From an uncultured Clostridia bacterium (GTDB lineage: Bacteria > Bacillota > Clostridia > TANB77 > CAG-508), in assembly GCA_944392425.1 (NCBI GenBank), contig CALXWM010000002.1, positions 3,346 through 67,345 of the forward strand: DNA of 64,000 nt. Direction: 5' to 3'. This document shows, piece after piece, positions 1-8,238 of this stretch. Each line of letters opens with the position of its first letter. The stretch's first letter is position 1. A program made the translations under genes and the position numbers. The notes below the pieces were generated by a model that was not told the origin of the DNA, did no database searches, and saw only the letters and a program-made list of their open reading frames with translations.

Positions 1-174
1 AATTCAAAATTAAAGTTAACAGAAAAGGGAAAACAGTTATATACTGAAATTATCGAAAATAATGATATTATGGTACTTGAAAAAAACGAATTAAATATTA
101 TAAAGGATAAAATAAATGATGATGTTATAAAAAAAATATTAGAAAAATGGGGGGCATCTAATGTTAAAAATTAA
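1..174 (+). CDS. 3' end of a gene truncated by the window edge (57 codons visible, ...KILEKWGASNVKN*)
   Basis: Frame 1 is open from base 1 to TAA at 172-174. It overlaps the ATG at 161 of the next gene by 14 nt, which suggests translational coupling. Confidence 0.4.
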   Translation, partial: NSKLKLTEKGKQLYTEIIENNDIMVLEKNELNIIKDKINDDVIKKILEKWGASNVKN

Positions 175-2206
175 TCGAATTAAATGTATTATCATTACTG
201 CAAATGATGGAAATTTTGGATATGATTATAAATTTGAAACAGGCCTGAATTTAATTTCTAGTACAGAAAATACTAAAGGAAAAAGTTCAATTCTTGAGGC
301 TATTTATTACTGCTTAGGGGTTGAAGAATTATTAGGAGCAGTTGATGAAAAAGCACTGACCCCAGTATATAAGACAGCAATTGATTATAAGGAAAAGAAA
401 AATATAATACCATTGAAAACTATGTTTTATTTAGAGATTACAAATGAAAGAGGAGATATTGTTACTATTAATAGGAATATAGAAAGGTTAGTTAGTAACA
501 AATTAATTAATGTTTACTCTTGTAATTTAGATAATGCTACGAATGGTGAAAGAGATTTTCAAGAAATGTTTGTTAATACAGCAGGAGGAGCTACTTCTGA
601 TAAGGGGTTTCATAAGTTTTTAGAGAAATTTATAGGCTGGAGACTTCCAGTAGTTCCATCTTTTGAAGAGAAAGACAGAAAATTATATTTGCAAACTCTA
701 TTTTCTGCAATGTTTATTGAGCAAAAAAGAGGGTGGTCTAATTTACTGGCTACTATTCCAAATTATGGAATTAAAGACTCGAAAACTAAGGTTATTGAAT
801 ATATTTTAAATTTAGATACAATAGAAAACGAAAGACTTAAAATAGAATGTAAAATTGAAGAATCAATAATAAAACAAAAATGGAAAAAAGTCATAGAGAA
901 TATAACTGACTTATTAAGTTCAGAAAATTGTGTAATAAGAAATTTATTTGAAAATCCCAGAATAATAGATGAGAATAATTTAAAGCAAATGACTCTTTTT
1001 AAAAGATATAATGAAGAAGAAAAAGAGTTAAAAAAATATATTGAAGAAAGAAATAAAAAAGCTAAAAGTTTGTCTCAACAAAGTTTAAAGGTTGGAAAAA
1101 ATATTGAAGAATTAGAAGAAAATTTAAAGAAATTACAAAATGAACTTCAGGAGAAATTTGAAAGAAGACAACAAAAGAAAAGAGAATCAATATTAGAAGA
1201 GAAAGCAATAGATAAATTGATTGAAAGTTTAGAAATTATAAATAAGGATTTAAATTCTAACAAAGATATCAATAAACTAAAAGGATTAGGAGCTTTGAAA
1301 ACTAGTTGCTTATCAAAAGACATCTGTCCTACATGTAAACAAAATATCAAAGATTATTTATTAGAACAAAATTTAATTAATAGAATTATGAATGTAGATG
1401 AACAAATTCAACACCTTTCAGATCAAAAAAAGATGGTGGAATTCTCATTAAGGTCACACAAAAGTAATCTTTTAAATATTCAAGAAGATTTAAAAATTCT
1501 GGAAACTGAAATTACTAAAAAAACAAAAGATATTAGACGAATAGTTAATGACATATATTCAACAGATGAGTGCCTTTCAACTTCAATAGTATATGAAAAA
1601 TTGAATATAGAAAATGAAGTTGAAAGATTATTAGAAATGGAAAAGAGAATAGAATACTATAAAAAAGAATTATTAACAGTTTCTAATGATTGGGCAAGTT
1701 ATTTAGAAAAAAAATCAAAATTACCTAAAGGAATTTTTTCAGAGGATGATTTAAAAAAAATAAATGAATTGAAAAATGAGTTTATAAAGAAAATAGAAAA
1801 TTATAATTATTCAAGTAATCAAAACATATATGATATAGAGATTTCAAAGGACAAGTTAATGCCAACATTGAATGGGTTTGATTTGATAAAGGATGGATCT
1901 GGAAGTGATTTAATAAGAATAATTTGGGGATTTACATTATCATTATTAGCTGTTTCAAATAAAAATGATGGAAATCATTCAAAGCTAGTAATAATTGATG
2001 AGCCCGCACAACAAAGCATTGAAAATAAGGATTTATATAGCTTTATTGATGACTTAATTAATAATTTTGATAATTCGCAAATCATTATGGCAATCACATT
2101 AAATAATTTAGAATTACAAAATTATGTAAGAAATAAAGATAATTTAAATATAGTGTTGATAGAAGATAAAGCTGTAAAACCGTTGGATAAGCTTGAACAA
2201 GAGTGA
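161..2206 (+). CDS. SMC/Rad50-like ABC ATPase with central coiled coil and CxxC hook (LmuB/DUF3732-like architecture)
   Basis: N-terminal Walker A-like STENTKGKSS followed by ILEAIYYCLG. Long K/E/L-rich heptad-like middle with CPTC at aa 389-392. C-terminal GSGSD signature-like motif and Walker B LVIIDEPAQQ. Confidence 0.7.
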   Translation: MLKINRIKCIIITANDGNFGYDYKFETGLNLISSTENTKGKSSILEAIYYCLGVEELLGAVDEKALTPVYKTAIDYKEKKNIIPLKTMFYLEITNERGDIVTINRNIERLVSNKLINVYSCNLDNATNGERDFQEMFVNTAGGATSDKGFHKFLEKFIGWRLPVVPSFEEKDRKLYLQTLFSAMFIEQKRGWSNLLATIPNYGIKDSKTKVIEYILNLDTIENERLKIECKIEESIIKQKWKKVIENITDLLSSENCVIRNLFENPRIIDENNLKQMTLFKRYNEEEKELKKYIEERNKKAKSLSQQSLKVGKNIEELEENLKKLQNELQEKFERRQQKKRESILEEKAIDKLIESLEIINKDLNSNKDINKLKGLGALKTSCLSKDICPTCKQNIKDYLLEQNLINRIMNVDEQIQHLSDQKKMVEFSLRSHKSNLLNIQEDLKILETEITKKTKDIRRIVNDIYSTDECLSTSIVYEKLNIENEVERLLEMEKRIEYYKKELLTVSNDWASYLEKKSKLPKGIFSEDDLKKINELKNEFIKKIENYNYSSNQNIYDIEISKDKLMPTLNGFDLIKDGSGSDLIRIIWGFTLSLLAVSNKNDGNHSKLVIIDEPAQQSIENKDLYSFIDDLINNFDNSQIIMAITLNNLELQNYVRNKDNLNIVLIEDKAVKPLDKLEQE

Positions 2207-2249
2207 TATTATGTAAGTGAAAAATATTAGAATAAATATAGGAGTACGT

Positions 2250-2438
2250 ATGAAAATAAAATGTTTATTATGTGAAGATATAATTTAATCAAAAAGTGTG
2301 CATGATTTAGTAACTTGCAAATGTGAATCATGTTATATTGATGGCGGAAATTATTATTTACATATAGGAGCAAAATATTTTGACAAAGTAGTTAAAATAT
2401 TGCAAGATGGTAGTAAAGTTAAATTAAATAGAAAGTAA
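2250..2438 (+). pseudogene. Small zinc-ribbon protein gene interrupted by an in-frame TAA (MKIKCLLCEDII*SKSVHDLVTCKCESCYIDGGNYYLHIGAKYFDKVVKILQDGSKVKLNRK*)
   Basis: RBS GGAG lies 8 nt upstream of ATG 2250. TAA at 2286-2288 is followed by 49 further open codons in the same frame. The CxxC...CxCxxC pattern spans the stop. Confidence 0.5.
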
Positions 2439-2540
2439 ACTAAATAAAGCTAAATACTTAATAATTATTTTAATAATATTAGTTATTTTGTTTTTGGGGG
2501 AGTTAAATGGAAACAAAATTATTGTTGATTAGGAGAAAAT

Positions 2541-3209
2541 ATGAGTGTAGAAAGTATAGTAAATATAATAACATCTATTATAATGTGTGTGGCAACGGTA
2601 GTATCGGTTGTAATAGCGGTAATTGCAATAAAACAGACAAAAATTCAAATGGAGTTAAGTAATAAAAATAATTTATTTTCAAATAGAGTTAAAGGATACC
2701 TTATAATAAAAGGTTTATTAAATCTATATAACCAAAATAAAAAAGATATTGAAGAAGAAAAAGAAGATAAAATATACTTTAAAGTTGACCCTTTATTTTA
2801 TGGATTGATAAACAATTCATATCTTGAGAATATGGGCACTGTAATAGAAGAACCTTTACATGATCCTGAGCATAAAAATTTTTTGACATCACTAGAAAAA
2901 TTAAAGAATCAAGCTGAAAAAATGAGATTTTTATTTGAAAATAAAATTGGTATTTATGCAAAAAACTTTATATTAAAATATGCAGATGTATTAATGAAGT
3001 TATATCAATACAAAATATTAATTATAAAAATGAGAGAATATTCAACAACATATCCTATGGTAGATATAAAAAAAGCTGCGGAAGATATGAATGAAATAGA
3101 AAATAGAAAAGAATTATTTAAAGCTTTTGAGAAACTAAGTGAAGAATACAAATTATTAAATAATTATGATTTCGAAACAAAAATAATAGAGGAAATAAAG
3201 TTGAACTAA
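2541..3209 (+). CDS. Membrane-anchored helical protein of unknown function (single N-terminal TM helix)
   Basis: RBS AGGAGA precedes the ATG. Hydrophobic segment IVNIITSIIMCVATVVSVVIAVIAI, then about 190 aa of K/E-rich helical-looking sequence. It sits 41 nt upstream of the next gene. Confidence 0.6.
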   Translation: MSVESIVNIITSIIMCVATVVSVVIAVIAIKQTKIQMELSNKNNLFSNRVKGYLIIKGLLNLYNQNKKDIEEEKEDKIYFKVDPLFYGLINNSYLENMGTVIEEPLHDPEHKNFLTSLEKLKNQAEKMRFLFENKIGIYAKNFILKYADVLMKLYQYKILIIKMREYSTTYPMVDIKKAAEDMNEIENRKELFKAFEKLSEEYKLLNNYDFETKIIEEIKLN

Positions 3210-3250
3210 AAAATTTGTTTTTAAAAGTATAAATAAAAAAGGAGTTATTA

Positions 3251-5461
3251 ATGAATATTAAGTTTAGGAAGCTAGTCGTATCAAATCGATTTCACACTTC
3301 ATTTGAAGAATGGAATACTAATAATGAAATAGAATTTTCAAATTCTGGTTTCGCAGATATATATGCACCTAATGGCGTAGGAAAATCAAGTTTAGCGAAA
3401 GCCTTAAAAAATGAGATAAAATCGGAATATGAATATGAATATAACGGTAATATTTATACAGAAAAATCAAACGACAATCCTATAATTGTTATTGATGATT
3501 TTTTCTTTAGAAATATTGCATCACGAGAAAATGAAAAAATATCTGATTATATTTTAGGGTCTCAAATAAATAAGGAATTAGAATTAAAAGAAAAAATTGA
3601 TAATATAATAGAAGGAGTTAAGGGCAGTGTAATAGCATATTTAAAGGATGTGTATGGAATTAAAAGCAAAAACAGCAATTTGTGTAACTTGGTGGATGAT
3701 GAGAATTTTAAAAAATTTATTAGTGCACTAGCTAATAATAGAGATAAGGGAAAAGATTATGATGCTGAAAAAATATTAAAAGCAGTTAATGGGTTTAATG
3801 TTAATGATAATATGACATTAGAAGAAGATAAATTTTATTATGTAAAAACTAATTTAGAAGCGAATAATTCAATAATAAAGGATATTATAGAATTTGATAC
3901 AAGTAATTTTAATAAAATAGAACAGTTTAAAAAGATAGATATAGATAGTGATGCTATAAAGATATTGGAAAAGCACAAGGGAATTACTACATGTATTTTT
4001 GAGGAGAGTCACAAGTTGCCAAATGGTATAAAAGAACAGTTAGAAAAAAATAGAGAAACGATAGTAAGCCAACTAACACCAAAACAAAAAGAAATTACTA
4101 AAAAAATTTTAGAATTAAATAATAATGATCCATTTAATATAAAAGAAATATTTAATAGTGCTTTTGAAAAAGGAAATATAGAAGGAATTGAAAGTTTAAT
4201 TAAAGAATTTAAGTCATATGTTCTAAGTATAAAAAATGAAATATGTAAATATATTTTTAAATTACTGAAAGAAAGCCAGCTAAACGAATTATATTTCGAA
4301 TTAAAAGAATTAATTGATAAAAAAGTTGAGTTAACGGAAGAAGACGAAATTCTCTTAAAAAATATAATTGAGAATTGCTTAAATAAAGAAGTTAAATTCG
4401 AAAGAGATAATAATAAAAATATAATATTTAAATTAAATGATACAGATGTAATAGGTAAAAGTCGACAAGAACTTCCTTTATCGACAGGAGAACAAAATTT
4501 TATATCATTATATTTTGAATTGCTAGCAGCAAAAAATTCAACTAAAGAGATAGTTATAATTGATGATCCTATATCTAGCTTTGATTCAATATATAAAAAC
4601 AAAATAGTTTATGCAATTATAAAAGTTTTAGAAAAAAAGAATACGATTATATTAACCCATAATATTAATACTATAAAATTAATGCAACACCAGTATAAGA
4701 ATTGCTTTAACTTATACCTATTAAATAATGAAAATGACGAAGAAAATGGATTTATTAAAGTAGAGAGAAGATTAAATAATTCAGAAAATTATAGAGATTT
4801 AGATTTGATGCTTGAAATAAAAAATGTAATTCAATTATTTAAAGAAAATTCATTTTTAAATGATGTTAAAAATAAAGAACAATTTATATTATCATTAATA
4901 CCTTTTATGAGGAGTTATTTTAATTTAATACCACAAAAGGAAGAGCATTATAAAAAATTATGCAAGTTAATGCATGGTTATGAAAGTCAAATTATTGATA
5001 TCAATAATGAATATCAAGAATGCTTTGGACAAAATGTAATTGGAAATAACTATAATGTTTCAATAAATGATATATTGCAAACTGAAGTTTCAACTGAAAT
5101 AGTAGATAGAGAAAAATATCCAGTATTAAATAGAGCTTTATATCACTCTTTAAATTATTTAAAAATAAGATTAATGGTTGAAAACACACTATACAATACA
5201 GATTTAAATAAAATAGACAAGAATAAAAATTATCAATTACATCAAATAATAAGTATATATTTAAAGGATAATTATATTTTAAAAGCAATTTTAATCTCAA
5301 AGAAAACATTATTAAATGAATTTAATCATTTTGAATACGATATGTGTTTATTTATGCCTTCTTTAGATATATCTAATAGTAAGTTAAAAGAAGAAAGAGA
5401 GAGCATAATAAGAATATGTAATGAGATACGAACAAAAGGGATAAGTAATATAGATTCATAA
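3251..5461 (+). CDS. PrrC/RloA-like (AAA_13-type) ABC ATPase with an unassigned C-terminal domain of about 250 aa
   Basis: Walker A YAPNGVGKSSLAKAL. Helical insert of about 370 aa. Signature LSTGEQNFISLYFEL, Walker B IVIIDDPISSFD and H-loop IILTHN. RBS AAGGAG. Confidence 0.75.
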   Translation: MNIKFRKLVVSNRFHTSFEEWNTNNEIEFSNSGFADIYAPNGVGKSSLAKALKNEIKSEYEYEYNGNIYTEKSNDNPIIVIDDFFFRNIASRENEKISDYILGSQINKELELKEKIDNIIEGVKGSVIAYLKDVYGIKSKNSNLCNLVDDENFKKFISALANNRDKGKDYDAEKILKAVNGFNVNDNMTLEEDKFYYVKTNLEANNSIIKDIIEFDTSNFNKIEQFKKIDIDSDAIKILEKHKGITTCIFEESHKLPNGIKEQLEKNRETIVSQLTPKQKEITKKILELNNNDPFNIKEIFNSAFEKGNIEGIESLIKEFKSYVLSIKNEICKYIFKLLKESQLNELYFELKELIDKKVELTEEDEILLKNIIENCLNKEVKFERDNNKNIIFKLNDTDVIGKSRQELPLSTGEQNFISLYFELLAAKNSTKEIVIIDDPISSFDSIYKNKIVYAIIKVLEKKNTIILTHNINTIKLMQHQYKNCFNLYLLNNENDEENGFIKVERRLNNSENYRDLDLMLEIKNVIQLFKENSFLNDVKNKEQFILSLIPFMRSYFNLIPQKEEHYKKLCKLMHGYESQIIDINNEYQECFGQNVIGNNYNVSINDILQTEVSTEIVDREKYPVLNRALYHSLNYLKIRLMVENTLYNTDLNKIDKNKNYQLHQIISIYLKDNYILKAILISKKTLLNEFNHFEYDMCLFMPSLDISNSKLKEERESIIRICNEIRTKGISNIDS

Positions 5462-5480
5462 AAAGTAAGGAAAAAAGATA

Positions 5481-5936
5481 ATGAAATTTATAGAATATAA
5501 TTATGATAATAAAGTGCAATATTCAGATTTTATTAGAAAATATAATAAATCTAAATGTTTAAATTCTTTGAACATACAAACCTTTTGCGAAGGAAAAAAG
5601 ATATTTTTAATGGTTGATAAAGGACTTGTTAAAAAGTATAAAATAATAGGTTATGTAATAGTTTATGAGAAACTTAAAACAATATGCATGGTAAATGAAG
5701 TTAGTGAAAACTACGAAGATAATAGTAATGTTGTATTTATTTCAGACTTTATGATAGATTATATATATAGAAAGAAAGGTCTTGGGAAATTTTTGGCTAA
5801 ATACATAATAGATGAAGTATATAGAAAACGAAATATAATATTACAACCAGATGGAGATGGAAATTGGTTTTGGAAAAAGTTTGGATTTAAACCAGATGAG
5901 ATATCAAAGAAATTAACATTAATATTAAAAAGATAA
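5481..5936 (+). CDS. GNAT-family N-acetyltransferase
   Basis: Acetyl-CoA motif A region FISDFMIDYIYRKKGLGKFLAKYII and C-terminal FWKKFGFK. Starts 19 nt after the ATPase gene. Confidence 0.7.
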   Translation: MKFIEYNYDNKVQYSDFIRKYNKSKCLNSLNIQTFCEGKKIFLMVDKGLVKKYKIIGYVIVYEKLKTICMVNEVSENYEDNSNVVFISDFMIDYIYRKKGLGKFLAKYIIDEVYRKRNIILQPDGDGNWFWKKFGFKPDEISKKLTLILKR

Positions 5937-5989
5937 AATATAAAAATATATTTTGTAAAGTTTCTCGATAAATAAAAAAGTACATAAAA

Positions 5990-6027
5990 ATCCAAAGTTT
6001 TTTCAAGATTTTGAAAAAACTTTGGAT
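5990..6027. terminator. Bidirectional hairpin terminator between convergent genes
   Basis: Perfect 17-bp stem ATCCAAAGTTTTTTCAA / TTGAAAAAACTTTGGAT with a 4-nt loop, flanked by A- and T-runs. Confidence 0.6.
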
Positions 6028-6036
6028 TAATTTTAA

Positions 6037-6330
6037 CTATTTATATAGGCAACCACTAATTAATTCAACGCCATCCACAAATCCATTCCTATAATACTTC
6101 TCATTCCAATAGCAGATATAATCCATAAAATTCTTATCAAGTCTATCTAATTGACTTTTCACATATTTTTGATTCTGCTTAGGAACATTCTTTAAAATAC
6201 TTTCACAAATTTCATCAAAATAAATATAATGTTTTTTATCTTCTTTAGTAAGTGTTCCTAAAACCATTTCCTCTCTAAAACTTAACCAATCCCTTAAAAT
6301 ATCATCATTAACTTCTCTAAAATTATTCAT
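6037..6330 (-). CDS. Small hypothetical protein (97 aa)
   Basis: ORF with RBS GGAGG upstream (plus-strand cctcc at about 6343). No family recognised with confidence. Confidence 0.5.
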   Translation of the reverse strand: MNNFREVNDDILRDWLSFREEMVLGTLTKEDKKHYIYFDEICESILKNVPKQNQKYVKSQLDRLDKNFMDYICYWNEKYYRNGFVDGVELISGCLYK

Positions 6331-6714
6331 TAATATTAACCTCCATTTTTATAAATTTTTTAAATTCTACACATCAAAACACTAAAAAACTTACAATAAC
6401 AAACTAAAGAATAGATTGAAATTTCATATGTTTGATGCCTCAAAAAATTGGGGACAAATTGGGGACAATCATTGCAAAAAAGTACATTTTTTAACGATTT
6501 TCATAATCTCACCAATTTGCTATAACCCTATTAAAACCAATAAAAACTCAAGTTAACAAAATTCTTCACAAATTACAATTAAATTCTCATAACCCGAAGG
6601 TCACAAATTAATCCAACCAAATAATCGATAAATTTACAAAATAAACTATATTTCGTAACGAACTTATGCTATAATATACCTATAAAATCCAAAATCATAA
6701 AAGGAGAGAAAACT

Positions 6715-7476
6715 ATGATTTACATTACAGGAGATACCCATGCAGACTTTACCAGATTTTCAACAGATAAATTTCCAATACAAAAAGAAATGACGAAAAA
6801 TGATTATGTTATAATTTGTGGAGATTTCGGTGGAGTTTGGTCATATGAAAAAGAAAGTAATCAAGAAAAATATTGGCTCAATTGGTTAAATGACAAAAAT
6901 TTTACTACATTATTCGTAGACGGAAATCATGAAAATTTTACGCGTTTATATAGCTATCCAGTCCAAGCTTGGCATAATGGTAAAGTTCATAAGATAAGAG
7001 ATTCAGTATTTCATTTAATGAGAGGAGAAATCTTTGACATAGATAATAAAAAATTCTTTGCATTTGGAGGAGCTAAGTCACATGATATTCAAGATGGGAT
7101 TTTAAATATGGAAGAAGAAGAAAAAATCTACACATATAGAAAAAGAGGAGCTTATTTTAGAATTAGAAATTATTCGTGGTGGGACTTAGAGCTTTCAACA
7201 AAAGAAGAGATGCAAAATGGGTTAAATAATCTAGAAAAGGCAAATTATAAAGTAGATTATATTATAACTCATTGTGCCCCAACAAATGTACAAGCATTAC
7301 TTGGTGGAGGAGCATATAAAAAGGACTATTTAACAGATTATTTGCAAGAGATATCTGAAAAATGTGATTTCAAAAAATGGTATTTTGGGCATTATCATGA
7401 TAATAAACAAATTGACGCGAAGTACGTGGTTTTATATGAAGATATAGTGCCATTGGAATTTGAAAATATATTTTAA
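6715..7476 (+). CDS. Metallophosphoesterase (calcineurin-like)
   Basis: Motifs GDTHAD, CGDFGG, GNHEN and GHYH. RBS AAGGAGAG. Confidence 0.75.
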   Translation: MIYITGDTHADFTRFSTDKFPIQKEMTKNDYVIICGDFGGVWSYEKESNQEKYWLNWLNDKNFTTLFVDGNHENFTRLYSYPVQAWHNGKVHKIRDSVFHLMRGEIFDIDNKKFFAFGGAKSHDIQDGILNMEEEEKIYTYRKRGAYFRIRNYSWWDLELSTKEEMQNGLNNLEKANYKVDYIITHCAPTNVQALLGGGAYKKDYLTDYLQEISEKCDFKKWYFGHYHDNKQIDAKYVVLYEDIVPLEFENIF

Positions 7477-7491
7477 AAGGTAGGTGATTAT

Positions 7492-8034
7492 ATGATTTAT
7501 TTTATTTCGGACACTCATTTTAATCATACGAATATAATTAAATATTGTAATAGACCGTTTAAAGATGTCTATGAGATGAATGAAGTTCTAATAGATAATT
7601 GGAATAAAACTATAAATGAAGATGATGAAATTTTTCATTTAGGTGATTTGGCATTAGGTGGAAAAGCAAATTTTAAAGATATAGCTAGAAATCTAAATGG
7701 TAAAAAGTATTTGATAAGAGGTAATCATGATAATTGGAGTGTAGATACATATGAAAGCGTAGGATTTACAGTTCTAAAAAATCCCCCAATAAAACTATCA
7801 AATTATAAATTAGTACTGTCACACGTTCCTGTACAGGATAACCAAATGCCAGAAGGTTTTGTAAATGTTCATGGTCATATACACGATAAAAGTTTATATG
7901 AATGCATAGAAAAATATGATCCTCAACAATTTTCAATAAAGAAACATATAAATATTTCCTGTGATGTAACAAATTTTAAGCCTATTAGCATTGAAGCACT
8001 AAAAGAGAAATATGATTTTGAATTGCGAAAATAG
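7492..8034 (+). CDS. Metallophosphoesterase (small, phage/accessory type)
   Basis: Motifs SDTHFNH, LGDLALGG, RGNHDN and HGHIH. Starts 15 nt after the previous gene. Confidence 0.75.
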   Translation: MIYFISDTHFNHTNIIKYCNRPFKDVYEMNEVLIDNWNKTINEDDEIFHLGDLALGGKANFKDIARNLNGKKYLIRGNHDNWSVDTYESVGFTVLKNPPIKLSNYKLVLSHVPVQDNQMPEGFVNVHGHIHDKSLYECIEKYDPQQFSIKKHINISCDVTNFKPISIEALKEKYDFELRK

Positions 8035-8086
8035 AATATTTAAACTATAGATATCAAAGGCAAATTAGGCTTATGAAACTATAATG

Positions 8087-8118
8087 CTAGAGTGAGTTTT
8101 AAATAAAGCTCACTCTAG
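8087..8118. terminator. Hairpin between convergent genes
   Basis: 10-bp stem CTAGAGTGAG / CTCACTCTAG with a 12-nt loop. Confidence 0.4.
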
Positions 8119-8238
8119 TAATTCTAAGACAGCTCCTGTTTAAATAGTACTATCTAAAGATAATTCTTTCATATTAAACAATAAATATTTCAAGTAAAGT
8201 TTTAGAAGCGCAACACTCATATAAATAAATCTCTTATA

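Noticed and set aside
2507-2662. 51-aa Cys-containing ORF (METKLLLIRRKYECRK...CGNGSIGCNSGNCNK) with a strong GGGGGAG RBS, overlapping the start of the 222-aa gene in another frame.
   Set aside because: It overlaps a much longer ORF that has its own RBS and a clean TM helix, and its composition looks like an out-of-frame read. It is kept only as a remote possibility.
4009-4602. 197-aa minus-strand ORF inside the AAA_13-like ATPase gene. Similar antisense ORFs occur at 1147-1350, 5001-5309, 17568-23183 (many), 38562-39056, 43319-43825 and 62747-63475.
   Set aside because: They are S/F/L/I-rich mirror images of K/E/N-rich sense genes and have no RBS. Each lies fully inside a gene with strong motif support (S7, TrmFO, Pdp and others). 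They are a typical antisense artefact.
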